Assembly: GCA_036986275.1 (NCBI GenBank)
Contig: BTRG01000003.1
Span: 3,820-67,819 of the forward strand
Source: Gammaproteobacteria bacterium
GTDB lineage: Bacteria > Pseudomonadota > Gammaproteobacteria > Acidiferrobacterales > SZUA-150
Direction of reading: 5' to 3'
DNA: 64,000 bases
Shown here in pieces: positions 1 to 11,022 of this stretch. Position numbers and translations under genes: made by a program. Under the pieces are notes generated by a model, which saw only the letters and a program-made list of their open reading frames with translations, was not told the DNA's origin and ran no database searches. The number at the start of each line of letters is the position of its first letter. Position 1 is the stretch's first letter.

Positions 1-3000
1 TGACGCCCTGTTCGCGCAGAATGGCCATTTGCGGACGCTTGCCCGAGGCAATATAGGGCGCCGCCACATCATCATCTGGATCGAAACTCATTCGTGCCGT
101 CAGGCCAGGTTCCGCAACATCCAGCAAGCGGTCGTATTCTTCCCTGGCGCAGCGAGGGTTGTCGCGCAGGCTTTGCATATGAAAAGTTGTCTCCGACCAT
201 GCGCGCTGCAACTCTACACGCGACTCCATGAGAAACAGTGTGCGCTTATTCAATATCGTGATGTTGTCATCATCATTCAATGTGCCAATGACATGTGAAT
301 AGCGCGCGAGTCCTGCTTTCTTGAGTGCGCCCATGATGCCATCACGACGATCACGCGGGACTTGCAATACGGCGCCCAGTTCTTCCGTAAACAGACTGGC
401 CAGCGGATTGCTACCCAAATTCTCCAGGTCAACCACCAGACCGGTATGGCCGGCAAAGGCCATTTCACACAAGCAAGCGAACAAGCCGCCATCGGAGCGG
501 TCGTGATAGGCATAGACATAACCCAACTCATTCAGCGCCTGTATGACATGAAAGAACAGTCGCAGGATGCGGGCATCATCGACATCCGGCGCCTCATGAC
601 CCATGGTGTTATAGGCCTGCGCCAGGACAGACCCACCCAGCCTGTTTTTACCTTTACCCAAATCGACCAGGATTAAATCGGTCTCACCCTTATTCGTACG
701 CAATTGTGGCGTCAGGGTCTTGCGCACGTCCATTACCGGCGAGAAACCCGAGATAATCAATGATACGGGTGCGGTCACACTATGCACCGTATCCCCCTCT
801 TGCCACACGGTCTTCATGGACATGGAGTCCTTGCCCACCGGTATGGAGATACCCAGTGTATCGCATAGCTCGGTGGCCACGGCCTTGACGGTATCATATA
901 AAGCCGCGTCTTCTCCGGCATGACCGGCGGGCGCCATCCAGTTGGCCGATAACTTCACATCGGAAAGTTTTTCTATTCGGGCCGCGGCAATATTCATCAG
1001 CGCCTCAGCCACCGCCATGCGACCGCTGGCAACTGGATCGATCAGGGCCAGGGGTGTACGTTCACCCATGGCCATGGCCTCACCGCTATAGCCGCTATAA
1101 CCGGAGCTTGTGACAGCGACATCGGCCACTGGCACTTGCCAGGGACCAACCATTTGATCGCGGCAGACCATGCCGGTGACACTGCGGTCACCTATAGTAA
1201 TCAGAAAGGTCTTGCTGGCCACTGCCGGCATGCGCAATACGCGGTAAGCGGCTTCCTTGGCATCAATCCTGCCTGTATTAAAAACGGGCAGGTCTCGTTT
1301 AATCCGTTTGACATCGCGTAACATCTTCGGGGGCTTGCCCAGCAAGGTCGATAACGACATATCTATGGGTCTGTCTTTGCGATCCGATGTATCACCGGCA
1401 AACAGACTGTCGTTCAGCAGCAGTCGTTTATCTGCTTGCGCCGTGCCTACGACCGCATAAGGGCAGCGTTCACGTTCACAGGCCGCCTTAAAGATATCCA
1501 GCGCGTTTTCACGTATGGCCAGGACATAGCGCTCCTGGGCTTCATTGCACCAGATTTCCATGGGTGCCATACCAGGATGATCGTTCGGTATCTTGCGTAA
1601 CTCAAACCGGCCACCCTTCTCGGCATCATTCACCAACTCCGGCAGTGCATTGGAAAGCCCGCCGGCACCGACGTCGTGTATCCACATAATGGGATTGGCG
1701 TCCGCCAATGAACAACAGTAGTCGATCACTTCCTGACAACGGCGCTGCATTTCCGGATTACCCCGTTGCACCGAGGCAAAGTCCAGGTCTTCGGAACTGG
1801 CGCCTGTCGCCATACTGGATGCTGCGCCGCCACCGAGACCGATCAACATGGCCGGACCGCCGAGGACAACAATGGGTGTGTTCGCCGGGAAAGGTTGTTT
1901 CCTGACATGCTGGCCACGGATGTTGCCCAGCCCTCCCGCCAGCATAATGGGCTTGTGATAGCCGCGTACTTCACCGGCAACATGCATCTCAAAGGTACGG
2001 AAGTAACCGCCGATATTGGGACGGCCAAATTCATTATTAAACGAAGCACCCCCTATGGGGCCTTCCAGCATAATATCGAGCGCGCTGGCGATGCGATCGG
2101 GCTTGTCATGATCTGCCTCCCAGGGCTGTTCGGCTCCGGGGATGCGCAGGTTAGATACACTGAAACCTGTTATGCCGGCCTTGGGTTTACTGCCCTGTCC
2201 CGTTGCCCCTTCATCGCGTATCTCGCCACCAGAACCCGTTGCCGCACCCGGAAAAGGTGAAATGGCCGTGGGATGATTGTGGGTCTCCACTTTCATCAGG
2301 ATATGGTTGTCCAGCTCTTCATACCCATACTCGCGGGTTTGTGGGTCGGGGCAAAAACGACCATGATGAAAGCCTTCGATCACCGAGGCATTATCGGCAT
2401 AGGCCACCAAGGTGCCCTGGGGATGTTTTTTATGGCTCTGCCGTATCATGTCGAACAGGGATGAGGGCTGTGACTGTCCGTTTATAATCCAGTCCGCATT
2501 GAAAATTTTATGCCGACAATGTTCCGAGTTGGCCTGGGCGAACATCATCAACTCCACATCGGTAGGATTACGTTTTTCCTCTGCGTAATACGCATAGAGA
2601 TAATCCATTTCATCTTCTGACAATGCCATACCCAAACTGTTATTGGCATCAATCAGCGCCTGTATACCCTGCCCCAGAACATCCACCAACATCAATATTG
2701 CCGGTTCGGCCTCATCAAACAAACTATCTGCCTGCTCAAAACCATCGTTGACTTGCTCGGTCATACGATCATGCAGCAGATCCAGAACACTGGCACGCTC
2801 ATCTTTGCTCAAGGCATCGGTGCTGGTAGCTATATGCCAGGCCACACCACGCTCTATACGCAATACAGGCTGGAGACCACAATTACGGGCAATATCCGTC
2901 GCCTTGGATGACCACGGTGAAATAGTGCCCATACGCGGTGTCACCAGTATGGTCACATCCTTTTCTGTTGAGACTGTATCTTCAGGACCATAGGTAAGAA

Positions 3001-3196
3001 TTTTTTCGAGAGCCTTACACTGCTCCTGACTCAGCGTTTCTGACAAGGCGACGAAATGCCAGTATCGTGCTGATACATTCGTCACCGTGGCCACTATACC
3101 CCGCAGGGCGCGCAGCATTTTTTCCTTGCGAAAATCCGATAACGCAGATCGACCGGCCAGATGAACTATATGAGATGTGCTCTTCTTGTTAGACAA
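1..3196 (-). CDS. purL: Phosphoribosylformylglycinamidine synthase, large single-chain PurL. About 1065 N-terminal codons are present; the C-terminal end runs off the left window edge.
   Basis: Absent from the ORF track because it has no stop inside the window. My reverse-strand translation from about 3196 reads ..[86 protein letters not shown].., which are canonical PurL motifs. The + strand ORFs at 29-2993 are shadows. There is an in-frame TAG near 3248-3250 and no ATG; the most plausible start is TTG at 3196 with GGAG about 10 nt upstream. Confidence 0.9.
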   Translation of the reverse strand, partial: MSNKKSTSHIVHLAGRSALSDFRKEKMLRALRGIVATVTNVSARYWHFVALSETLSQEQCKALEKILTYGPEDTVSTEKDVTILVTPRMGTISPWSSKATDIARNCGLQPVLRIERGVAWHIATSTDALSKDERASVLDLLHDRMTEQVNDGFEQADSLFDEAEPAILMLVDVLGQGIQALIDANNSLGMALSEDEMDYLYAYYAEEKRNPTDVELMMFAQANSEHCRHKIFNADWIINGQSQPSSLFDMIRQSHKKHPQGTLVAYADNASVIEGFHHGRFCPDPQTREYGYEELDNHILMKVETHNHPTAISPFPGAATGSGGEIRDEGATGQGSKPKAGITGFSVSNLRIPGAEQPWEADHDKPDRIASALDIMLEGPIGGASFNNEFGRPNIGGYFRTFEMHVAGEVRGYHKPIMLAGGLGNIRGQHVRKQPFPANTPIVVLGGPAMLIGLGGGAASSMATGASSEDLDFASVQRGNPEMQRRCQEVIDYCCSLADANPIMWIHDVGAGGLSNALPELVNDAEKGGRFELRKIPNDHPGMAPMEIWCNEAQERYVLAIRENALDIFKAACERERCPYAVVGTAQADKRLLLNDSLFAGDTSDRKDRPIDMSLSTLLGKPPKMLRDVKRIKRDLPVFNTGRIDAKEAAYRVLRMPAVASKTFLITIGDRSVTGMVCRDQMVGPWQVPVADVAVTSSGYSGYSGEAMAMGERTPLALIDPVASGRMAVAEALMNIAAARIEKLSDVKLSANWMAPAGHAGEDAALYDTVKAVATELCDTLGISIPVGKDSMSMKTVWQEGDTVHSVTAPVSLIISGFSPVMDVRKTLTPQLRTNKGETDLILVDLGKGKNRLGGSVLAQAYNTMGHEAPDVDDARILRLFFHVIQALNELGYVYAYHDRSDGGLFACLCEMAFAGHTGLVVDLENLGSNPLASLFTEELGAVLQVPRDRRDGIMGALKKAGLARYSHVIGTLNDDDNITILNKRTLFLMESRVELQRAWSETTFHMQSLRDNPRCAREEYDRLLDVAEPGLTARMSFDPDDDVAAPYIASGKRPQMAILREQGV

Positions 3197-3242
3197 TGAA
3201 ACGATACTCCGCGTACTCAGCCGGCGATTCCCGCAGACAGGC

Positions 3243-4034
3243 TCATGCTATATCACACCAGGGCAGGCCACGCTCCTGTTCGGCGACCTTGATATTGTTG
3301 TGCTCACAACCCAGCACATCGCTGAGCGCTGTTTGTGCCAGGTAGGGCGTATTGTTTTTCTCACTCAGATGCGCTGTCACCATATGCTGTAAATTGCCGG
3401 TATCAAGCTGCGCCAATAATGCCGCCGCCATTTCATTATTGAGGTGACCGTACTCACCGCCGACGCGCGCCTTGAGTGAGGGTGGATAGACGCCTTCCAT
3501 CAGCATATCGCGATCATGGTTGCATTCGATCACCAGGCTGTCGCACCCATCCAGTTGATCCTTGATATGCGTCGTAATGCTGCCCGTGTCGGTCAAAATA
3601 CCCAGCCGTCGTTCCTGTGCTGAAAAAACAAACTGACTCGGCTCCAGCGCATCATGCGGTACCGGAAAAGGCTGCACATCAATCTCACCCACGGAAAAGG
3701 TTTTATGCGGGCAGAAAATATGTAACTCCGGTAACTTGCCCAGCCTTTCCTGTGTGGCACGATAGGTGCCCGCAGTCATCCATACAGGCAGGGAATACTG
3801 GCGAGCCACCACGCCCACACCATTAATATGATCACCATGCTCATGTGTCACGAGAATAGCGCTGATGTGGGAACCCTCGTAATCAAGCATACGCAAACGC
3901 GTTGTGGTCTCACGGGCAGAAAACCCGCAATCCAGCATCAGACAGGTATCGCCGGATTCAATCAGGGCCGCATTGCCCCGGCTACCGCTTCCGAGAAAAG
4001 CAAACCGCATCGTCGGTGGATTGCCTATGTGCAT
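3243..4034 (-). CDS. MBL-fold metallo-hydrolase (PhnP/YycJ-like)
   Basis: 263 aa. HxHxDH motif (VTHEHGDH) after an N-terminal beta-strand region ([23 protein letters not shown]). Confidence 0.8.
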   Translation of the reverse strand: MHIGNPPTMRFAFLGSGSRGNAALIESGDTCLMLDCGFSARETTTRLRMLDYEGSHISAILVTHEHGDHINGVGVVARQYSLPVWMTAGTYRATQERLGKLPELHIFCPHKTFSVGEIDVQPFPVPHDALEPSQFVFSAQERRLGILTDTGSITTHIKDQLDGCDSLVIECNHDRDMLMEGVYPPSLKARVGGEYGHLNNEMAAALLAQLDTGNLQHMVTAHLSEKNNTPYLAQTALSDVLGCEHNNIKVAEQERGLPWCDIA

Positions 4035-4046
4035 CCCCTTTCAGAA

Positions 4047-5138
4047 TTATTGTAATTGTTGGGAAAGTAATCTCAGAATTTTCTCACTCGTAGCGCTGGA
4101 AGCGACCACGCCCTGACGGTTCAGCACGCGCACTTCACTGCCGTTTTCCCTTGCTTGAATACTGATCTGAAAATATTCCTCATCAGCGTCATCATCATCG
4201 TCAAACAATCCGCCAAACAAACCTTTGCTACTCTTAGCACCAGCAGGATCAATGTAATGCACATAATAAATGTTAGCGGCACGATCACGGTCCTGTACTG
4301 TGAATCCCACTCGATCCAGTGAAATACCCACACGACGCCAGGCCTGCTCCAGTGGATCAGCCAGCAACAGTACCATCTGGCCCTGCTCGTCTTTCTTGAA
4401 CGTGACCGCCGGTACATCATTCCTGATTGTGTCACCAACCTGTATGGCATCGTCTTTACTGCTGCCAAGATAGACCATCAACAGCTTTAACAACTCGGCT
4501 TCCAGCTCCGGGTCAGCGGCCCTGGGCTGCCACAGGGTCTCCACCGCGTCGGTAGCGCCTCCGGCGACAACGACTTCTTCCATGCCTCGATGACTGATAA
4601 AGACCTCCATGGTACCGGTAACATTGCCATGCTCCAGACGAAAACGAAATTGATCCTTTAGACCCGTTGAGTAAAGCGCCCCAAGTGCTTCAGTAAACCA
4701 GCCTTGCACCGCACCCAGGCTGAGACTGCCGTCATTCTCTTTCCAGTTGGTTTCCAGTATGCCGGTTTCGGGGTTTTGCAAAGTAATCTCGAAATCCAGC
4801 TTACGGATAAAGCCCTTCAGCTTGAACCAGAGGGGCTCGGCCTCTGCCTTCACTACCAGCCAACGCTGCGAACCGGCGCGCCGCATCTCAAAACCCTCAT
4901 ATCGGGGCAGCAGGGATTCCGTGATCTTGACGACGGGGTCGCGCTTGCGCGATTCCAGCGCCACCGCACTACTGGTCCTGACAGGGAGTGAGCTTTCATT
5001 GGGCAGGGCCGACAGACCAGGCGGTACTTCCAGCGGGGGGCGTATAGCGGCGCTGGTATAGTCCTTCTCTTTTGTACTGGAACAACCACCCAGAATAAGG
5101 GCCGGCAGCAACACTATCGACAATAGAAATTTATTCAT
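4047..5138 (-). CDS. bamC: Outer membrane protein assembly factor BamC (NlpB) lipoprotein
   Basis: 363 aa. Signal peptide with lipobox LILGGC-SS. Lies immediately downstream of dapA, the conserved dapA-bamC pairing. Confidence 0.75.
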   Translation of the reverse strand: MNKFLLSIVLLPALILGGCSSTKEKDYTSAAIRPPLEVPPGLSALPNESSLPVRTSSAVALESRKRDPVVKITESLLPRYEGFEMRRAGSQRWLVVKAEAEPLWFKLKGFIRKLDFEITLQNPETGILETNWKENDGSLSLGAVQGWFTEALGALYSTGLKDQFRFRLEHGNVTGTMEVFISHRGMEEVVVAGGATDAVETLWQPRAADPELEAELLKLLMVYLGSSKDDAIQVGDTIRNDVPAVTFKKDEQGQMVLLLADPLEQAWRRVGISLDRVGFTVQDRDRAANIYYVHYIDPAGAKSSKGLFGGLFDDDDDADEEYFQISIQARENGSEVRVLNRQGVVASSATSEKILRLLSQQLQ

Positions 5139-5163
5139 ATAACAAAAACTCTCCTGGAGTGAC

Positions 5164-6045
5164 CTAACTATTCAAAATCCCGGCCTGTTGCATGGCCTGT
5201 TGCAAGGGCCCCTGACATGATTCGGACAACTCGGTGAGAGGCAGGCGAATATGCCCCTCCATCAGGCCCATACGGGCGACGGCCCATTTGACTGGAATGG
5301 GGTTGGACTCCAGGAACAGGTTGGTATGCAGCGGCACCAGGCCGTCATTAATTTCCCGTGCCCCGGCATCATCACCGGCCAGTGCGGCCTCGCACATCCG
5401 GCTCATGGCATTGGGTGCGATATTGGCCGTCACCGAAATATTGCCCCTGGCGCCGAGCAGTATCAGATCCAGTGCCGTGGCATCATCACCGGAATAGACC
5501 TCGATCTGCTCACCACAGCGGCTAAGGATGTCACGGCTACGGTCCAGATCACCGGTGGCCTCCTTGATACCTATTATATTGGGTATCACCGCCAGCCGTG
5601 CCACGGTCTCCGGCAACATGTCACAGGCGGTACGGCCCGGGACGTTGTAGAGTATCTGTGGCACATCCACGGCCTCGGCCACGGCCTTGTGATGCAAGTA
5701 CAGCCCTTCCTGGGTGGGTTTATTATAATAGGGTGTCACCAGCAGACAGGCATCGGCCCCGGCCTGTTGCGCACAACGGGTCAGCGCTATGGCCTCGGTC
5801 GTGGAATTGGCGCCGGTCCCCGCAATGATGGGGATACGACCGGCGGCATGCTCCACTGCGTCGCGTATGAGCTGGCAATGCTCCCCCATGTCCAGCGTCG
5901 CGGATTCACCGGTGGTGCCGGCCACGACCACGGCATGGGTAGCATTTTCGATGTGAAAATCCAGCAGGCGCTTGAATGCAGGCACATCAACAGCACCGCT
6001 TTCCTGCATTGGCGTTACCAACGCCACCATACTTCCGTGAAACAT
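5164..6045 (-). CDS. dapA: 4-hydroxy-tetrahydrodipicolinate synthase
   Basis: 293 aa. MFHGSMVALVTPM.. N-terminus and GTTGES motif typical of DapA. The long antisense ORF 5251-6090 is a shadow. Confidence 0.95.
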   Translation of the reverse strand: MFHGSMVALVTPMQESGAVDVPAFKRLLDFHIENATHAVVVAGTTGESATLDMGEHCQLIRDAVEHAAGRIPIIAGTGANSTTEAIALTRCAQQAGADACLLVTPYYNKPTQEGLYLHHKAVAEAVDVPQILYNVPGRTACDMLPETVARLAVIPNIIGIKEATGDLDRSRDILSRCGEQIEVYSGDDATALDLILLGARGNISVTANIAPNAMSRMCEAALAGDDAGAREINDGLVPLHTNLFLESNPIPVKWAVARMGLMEGHIRLPLTELSESCQGPLQQAMQQAGILNS

Positions 6046-6206
6046 GATCTAAAGCCCGTCTGGGTGTGGAGTAGACCCGGATGGTACTGATACCACCGGG
6101 CCCTGACAAGCGAGAGCCGATATCGATGGCGGCATAAGATTTCCTGCTTGGCGCGCCCTTGTTCCCGGGAGTAAGCTCGCCCTTATTGTCAATCAGGGTC
6201 GTAAAT

Positions 6207-7289
6207 ATGGCATCAGAAGATCCCGGCGTACGCGAAATACGCATCAATCCCATCGTCCCGTCCGAGTCCGTGCTAGTGGCCACCGCCCGCGGCATGCGGC
6301 CAAAAAAGGCCGAGGAACCCGCCCCTCGTGATACACGCCAACATGTCGAGACCTGTCCCTTTTGCCGCGGCAATGAGAGCATGACACCGCCGGAGATTGC
6401 TGCCTACCCTGCCGATGACGATTGGCAGATTCGTATTGTTGAGAATCTCTACCCGGTGCTGGGTGATGACCGCCAGAACCCCAATTTCAGTTTCGGCCTG
6501 CAGCAAACCATAGACGGATACGGCCGCCACGAGGTCATTATTGATAATGCCGGCCACGGCGTCGCCATCCATGAAATGGAACAGGCCCATCTGGCCATGT
6601 TGTTCAATGCCTACCGCGAACGCATGATACAGCTCTATGCCTCGGATGAGCGCTTGCGGTACGTGCTGGTATTCAAGAATTTTGGTCCGGCCGCCGGCGC
6701 CAGCATCCCTCATACCCACAGCCAGATTATTGCCACGCCCGTAATACCGGAGAATGTGCAGGCGGAGGTCATGAACAGCCGCAGCTATTTCCAAAAACAC
6801 AATCACTGCATCTTTTGTTCCCTGATTGATGAGGCGCTGACGTTTGAAGCAACGATTTACGACAGGGAATCCGGTGAGATACGGCGCAAGATTGATGTCG
6901 GCCAATACATCATAGAACGCACTGAAAAGTTTATTGCCATCAAACCCTTCGCCAGTCGTTATGAATGGGAAGTACACATCCTGCCGCTGCATCACGGGGC
7001 CGATTTCCTGCACACAGCGAAAGAAGATATGGATGACCTGGCACTGATTATGCGCCGTACCATGGCGCGGCTGGATGCGGTGCTGGGGGGCGCCCAGTAT
7101 AACTATTTCCTGCATTCACTACCACATGCCAGCGACTGCAAGGAATGTGAGGCCAGTTATCACTGGCACCTGGAAATTTGTCCACGCACCAGCATCCCGA
7201 CGGGTTTTGAATTGGGCTCTGGCCTGTTTGTCAATACCCTCAGCCCGGAAGATGCCGCGCAACAATTGCGCCAGACCCATATTGATTAA
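6207..7289 (+). CDS. GalT-branch HIT-superfamily nucleotidyltransferase (galactose-1-P uridylyltransferase / ADP-glucose phosphorylase / APS:phosphate adenylyltransferase-like)
   Basis: CPFCRGNE zinc-knuckle-like motif near the N-terminus and HxHxQ active-site motif (IPHTHSQIIATP). A second half-domain carries CIFCSLIDEA. The track ORF starts at TTG 6159; ATG at 6207 (MASEDPG..) is more plausible. Confidence 0.7.
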   Translation: MASEDPGVREIRINPIVPSESVLVATARGMRPKKAEEPAPRDTRQHVETCPFCRGNESMTPPEIAAYPADDDWQIRIVENLYPVLGDDRQNPNFSFGLQQTIDGYGRHEVIIDNAGHGVAIHEMEQAHLAMLFNAYRERMIQLYASDERLRYVLVFKNFGPAAGASIPHTHSQIIATPVIPENVQAEVMNSRSYFQKHNHCIFCSLIDEALTFEATIYDRESGEIRRKIDVGQYIIERTEKFIAIKPFASRYEWEVHILPLHHGADFLHTAKEDMDDLALIMRRTMARLDAVLGGAQYNYFLHSLPHASDCKECEASYHWHLEICPRTSIPTGFELGSGLFVNTLSPEDAAQQLRQTHID

Positions 7290-7319
7290 ATTTGATTAAT
7301 CAGGCCGCAGCAGTCGCGG

Positions 7320-7763
7320 TTACACACTCTCAACCTGTAATTGTACACCGATGACACCTGTCACCCTGACCTGCGCCCCTTTAGGTAGATCCGGTCCATT
7401 GACTTTCCAGGTCGTATCATCGACTTTTATTTTCCCCACACCATTGACGATGGGTCGCTCCAGCACAAAGGTGCGGTTGATATATTGCTCGCCTCGCCGA
7501 TTCAGAGCAGGCTGATCTGATGGAATAGGGTGTAACTTGAGATAGCGTCGGCCAATGACTATGGTGACAACGGACAATATCGAAAATACCAGTACCTGTA
7601 CCTCCCAACTCATGGTCGGCATGATCCAAAGCAACACGCCCACCGCGGCAGCCGAGACCCCCATCCACAGAAAGAAGGTGCCGGGGGCCAGCATTTCCAG
7701 GGTGATTAACGCCACCGCCAGTATCCACCAGTGCCAGAAAACAATATCGTTAATCCATTCCAT
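7320..7763 (-). CDS. NfeD-family membrane protein (YbbJ-like)
   Basis: 147 aa. Three or four N-terminal TM helices plus a C-terminal soluble OB-like tail (GKIKVDDTTWKV..VRVTGV). Lies directly downstream of an SPFH gene, the canonical NfeD-SPFH operon. Confidence 0.8.
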   Translation of the reverse strand: MEWINDIVFWHWWILAVALITLEMLAPGTFFLWMGVSAAAVGVLLWIMPTMSWEVQVLVFSILSVVTIVIGRRYLKLHPIPSDQPALNRRGEQYINRTFVLERPIVNGVGKIKVDDTTWKVNGPDLPKGAQVRVTGVIGVQLQVESV

Positions 7764-7772
7764 ATCCGCTCC

Positions 7773-8699
7773 CTAACCCTTATCGCCTTTTGCAAAGGCG
7801 GCTTTGGCAATCTCGGTAATACCGCCTAGAGCACCGATCACATTGCCGGCTTCCAACGGCATAAACAACACCTTTTCGTTGGGTGACATGGCGATATCAC
7901 GCAAGGCATCGACGTACTTGGTGGCGACAAAATAGTTAATGGATTGAATGTCGCCTTCCGCGATGGCCTTGGAAACCATATTTGTGGCCTTGGCCTCGGC
8001 CTCAGCGGAGCGCTCCCTGGCCTCGGCATCACGGAATGCGGCTTCCTTTCTGCCTTCGGCCTCCAGTATGGCGGCCCGCTTCTCGCCATCGGCCTTCAGG
8101 ATTTCCGCCTGTTTCAGACCCTCGGCTTCCAGTATCGCCGCACGCTTTTCACGCTCGGCCTTCATTTGTCGCGCCATGGCATCGACCAGATCCCTGGGTG
8201 GTGAGATGTCTTTAATTTCAATGCGTGTCACTTTCACGCCCCAGGGCGCAGTGGCTTCGTCCACGACCTGCAGCAAGCGCGCATTAATGTCATCACGCTT
8301 TGACAACAACTCATCCAGGTCCATGGAGCCCATCACCGTACGGATGTTGGTCATGGTGAGATTGAGAATGGCGCGCGACAGATTATTCACCTCGTAGGCA
8401 GCCATGGCTGCATCCAGTATCTGGAAAAAGACCACGCCATCGACACGCACCATGGCATTGTCTTTGGTGATGACCTCTTGCGAGGGTACATCCACCACCG
8501 TTTCCATCATGTTCAGTTTGGAACCGATGCGGTCAATGACCGGTATAATAATATGCAAACCGGGCCGCAAGGTCCGTGTGTATCTACCAAAACGTTCAAC
8601 AGTGTATTCATTGCCCTGAGGAACTGTTTTAATCCCCATGACAATCAGAATGACTACCAATGTAAATATCGAATAAACAAATATCGTTATAATATCCAT
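7773..8699 (-). CDS. SPFH/band-7 (stomatin/QmcA-like) membrane protein
   Basis: 308 aa. N-terminal TM anchor, SPFH core ([19 protein letters not shown]..), and a C-terminal coiled coil with duplicated [19 protein letters not shown]. Confidence 0.9.
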   Translation of the reverse strand: MDIITIFVYSIFTLVVILIVMGIKTVPQGNEYTVERFGRYTRTLRPGLHIIIPVIDRIGSKLNMMETVVDVPSQEVITKDNAMVRVDGVVFFQILDAAMAAYEVNNLSRAILNLTMTNIRTVMGSMDLDELLSKRDDINARLLQVVDEATAPWGVKVTRIEIKDISPPRDLVDAMARQMKAEREKRAAILEAEGLKQAEILKADGEKRAAILEAEGRKEAAFRDAEARERSAEAEAKATNMVSKAIAEGDIQSINYFVATKYVDALRDIAMSPNEKVLFMPLEAGNVIGALGGITEIAKAAFAKGDKG

Positions 8700-8782
8700 A
8701 ATTTCTCCTGGCCTCCTTTGTTTATGACGTAAACACTACAGTCATGTTTTCTACAGCATCTATCAAGAACTCTGATAATTCC

Positions 8783-9538
8783 TCATGCATGCTGGCCTGC
8801 CCAATCCGAAATGAGATCAGCCGTTTTCATAATATGTGTCTCATTTGACAACAAGTGATCAGCGCCTTGCAACAGTTCCAGGCGCTTGGGTCCGGCCATG
8901 GCATCATAGAGTCTTCTGCCATGATCGATATCGACCGTTTCATCTTCAGGTGAATGTATAATCAACAAAGGCAATTCCAATGTTTGCAAGATCTTGACCG
9001 TGTCGAATTCACCTTTCTCAAAGAAGTTTTCATTTACAGTAAAGACTGTACCCCCAAGCGAAAACGTGGCCTCTCCTTTTTCTGCTATATCAGATCGCAA
9101 ATGATCGAATATCTGTAATACATGATCTCTATCGAAGGGTGCCGCAATCACAGCCGCGCATTTGGCGCTGTTAATGTTCCCGGCTGCGTGCAGTATGGCT
9201 GCACCCCCCAAGGAATGACCAATCAATAATTCCGGCGCCTGATTCCTGGACGCCATAAAGTCGGCTACATCCAGGATATCAGAAACATTGCTACTAAAAT
9301 TTGTATCCCTGAAATCACCTTCACTATTGCCTAAACCGGTGAAATCAAATCGCAACACAGCGATACCTGCTTCACCCAGGTGACGTGAAAGTGACAATAT
9401 AAACTTCAGGTTCTTGCCACAGGTAAAACAGTGCGCAAACAAGGCAACCATCCCCGGGCTGCCTGTATCGGGCAGGTCGAGTTCTGCACTTAAGGTATGC
9501 CCGGCAGTTGTTGGAATGCGTAATCTTTCTTTTATCAA
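8783..9538 (-). CDS. Alpha/beta-fold hydrolase
   Basis: 251 aa. Nucleophile elbow GHSLGG and C-terminal GADH. TTG start only 6 nt after the AMMECR1 stop, so it is probably co-transcribed. Confidence 0.75.
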   Translation of the reverse strand: MIKERLRIPTTAGHTLSAELDLPDTGSPGMVALFAHCFTCGKNLKFILSLSRHLGEAGIAVLRFDFTGLGNSEGDFRDTNFSSNVSDILDVADFMASRNQAPELLIGHSLGGAAILHAAGNINSAKCAAVIAAPFDRDHVLQIFDHLRSDIAEKGEATFSLGGTVFTVNENFFEKGEFDTVKILQTLELPLLIIHSPEDETVDIDHGRRLYDAMAGPKRLELLQGADHLLSNETHIMKTADLISDWAGQHA

Positions 9539-9544
9539 TGTTTC

Positions 9545-10123
9545 TCAAGCTATAGTTTCTGTTGTATAACGTGAGACTGACAGCGTATCCGACCAATAGT
9601 CCATGGGCAATCCTGCCTTGAGCTTTAACTGCTTCAGAAAAGACCCAGGATCAGGAATGGACTCCCAAACCGAAGGCAGGAATGTTCCCCTCTGACCCTG
9701 ATCGGTCAGTATGAGCCCGTCAATTCCAGACTGCAATTGCTGTATCAGGTCACTCTCATCAGAGAATGTAATGGGTTCAGGTCGTGATAATACCGAGATG
9801 CTTATTTCCAGGACGCTGAATTCTTCTATTGTAAGCGGCGGAAAACGAGGATCACGAAACGCGGCAGCAAACGCATGTTCCACGACATCCTCTACCAGAA
9901 ACTGATAAGGCTCCAGTGTACCTATACAACCACGCAACTGTCCATTATGCTGCAATGTAACAAAACTTGCGCCCTGGACCTGCAAGGCAGATGAATAGCG
10001 CGTTACATCTATTGCTAATTTCTTTCCCAGCAAACCCTGCTGTATAGACTCCCGGGCCAGGGTTTTAAGCAATGCTTTATCATACTCGTCCAGGTAATGT
10101 TTAATGCAGGACATAGGCACCAT
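9545..10123 (-). CDS. amrA: AMMECR1-domain protein (AmmeMemoRadiSam system protein A)
   Basis: 192 aa. Hallmark LRGCIGT motif. Overlaps the upstream MEMO-like gene by 23 nt. Confidence 0.85.
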   Translation of the reverse strand: MVPMSCIKHYLDEYDKALLKTLARESIQQGLLGKKLAIDVTRYSSALQVQGASFVTLQHNGQLRGCIGTLEPYQFLVEDVVEHAFAAAFRDPRFPPLTIEEFSVLEISISVLSRPEPITFSDESDLIQQLQSGIDGLILTDQGQRGTFLPSVWESIPDPGSFLKQLKLKAGLPMDYWSDTLSVSRYTTETIA

Positions 10124-10889
10124 ACCCCACTACCTGATCCCTGGCACCGGCTGTATCACCGGAGTTTCTCAAATCCAGAATATCCAAAGTCATATTGTGT
10201 TTGCCTGCGGCATACAATAAACCCCGCACCGGGTTGCGGCCACAGGCCTGATCATGCGCAAGATCGTTATAACGCAATGCCTTGATGGCTTCGCTTGTCT
10301 CGGCATCCATCCTTTGCGCTGTTTGATAATCGTTATAGTGACTCAGATCGGTACTCACTACTATCAAAGTTTCTTCCCCACCCCATAACACCTCCAGTAC
10401 TTCCGCTACTTGTTCGGGAGTCGTCTCGCCCACGACCAATGGAATTAATGAAAAATCACTTAACAGGGTTTGCAGGAAAGGCAAATGGACTTCCAGGCTA
10501 TGCTCAGCGGCATGTGCCGCATCATTTGTAGTGATTTGTGGAAACTTATGCAGAGCTGTCATGGTTTCGGTTTCCAGCGCGACCTCTCCCAGTGGAGACG
10601 CAAAAACATCGGCTTCAGGCAAGGCCAGACCACGTAACGGAACCCGATGTGAGGGTCCCAACAATATGACACGTTTTATTGTGCTTGCTAAAGGTTTAAG
10701 TAAGACATAGGCGCTGGCCGCCACGGCGCCAGAGTAGATGTATCCAGCATGGGGGACTATCAGTGCTTTGGGGGGATTACCGGGCGTGGTCTGCGTGTTG
10801 TCCAGGAACGTTTCAATGACCCGCTTCAACTCTTTCGAGTTGCCTGGATAAAACAACCCCGCTACCGCCGGCCTGCGAACTCGAGTCAT
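10101..10889 (-). CDS. amrB: MEMO1-family protein (AmmeMemoRadiSam system protein B)
   Basis: AGLFYPG..VPHAGYIYSG..DLSHY motifs. The track ORF extends to 11165, but that extension overlaps the divergent radical-SAM gene. The internal start MTRVRRPAVAGLFYPG at 10889 fits the family N-terminus. Confidence 0.85.
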   Translation of the reverse strand: MTRVRRPAVAGLFYPGNSKELKRVIETFLDNTQTTPGNPPKALIVPHAGYIYSGAVAASAYVLLKPLASTIKRVILLGPSHRVPLRGLALPEADVFASPLGEVALETETMTALHKFPQITTNDAAHAAEHSLEVHLPFLQTLLSDFSLIPLVVGETTPEQVAEVLEVLWGGEETLIVVSTDLSHYNDYQTAQRMDAETSEAIKALRYNDLAHDQACGRNPVRGLLYAAGKHNMTLDILDLRNSGDTAGARDQVVGYGAYVLH

Positions 10890-11022
10890 ATCAACCTCGT
10901 CTATCAGCTCAGCGACTAATATGGAGGCCAAGCCACTGTTTTTCAACCCTCTTGTCTTTTCGGAGACATGGCAGCATATAGTAGGAATACTCAGATTCTG
11001 GAGTGAATCATTGCCTGCACCG

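Noticed and set aside
29-2993. Many + strand ORFs of 60-164 aa (for example 362-676, 1766-2260, 2643-2993) at the left end of the window
   Set aside because: All lie antisense or out of frame within the long uninterrupted minus-strand purL reading frame. That frame's translation shows canonical PurL motifs, so these are shadow ORFs.
5251-6090. 279-aa ORF antisense to dapA. Similar long antisense ORFs occur at 6273-7115 (GalT-like gene), 14504-15166 (LysR gene), 33652-34464 (recQ), 47918-48610 (yebC), 50029-50637 (nadA), 53912-54598 and 28468-29073.
   Set aside because: Each fully overlaps a gene with clear family motifs on the other strand. Their translations are Arg/Gly/His/Pro-rich and low in complexity, with no motifs or RBS, which is typical of antisense open frames.
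7990-8160. Repetitive DNA inside the SPFH gene (duplicated [10 protein letters not shown]) and the K/E/A-rich repeats in tolA (about 43650-43900)
   Set aside because: These are in-frame coiled-coil or low-complexity coding repeats typical of these families, not CRISPR or tandem-repeat elements.
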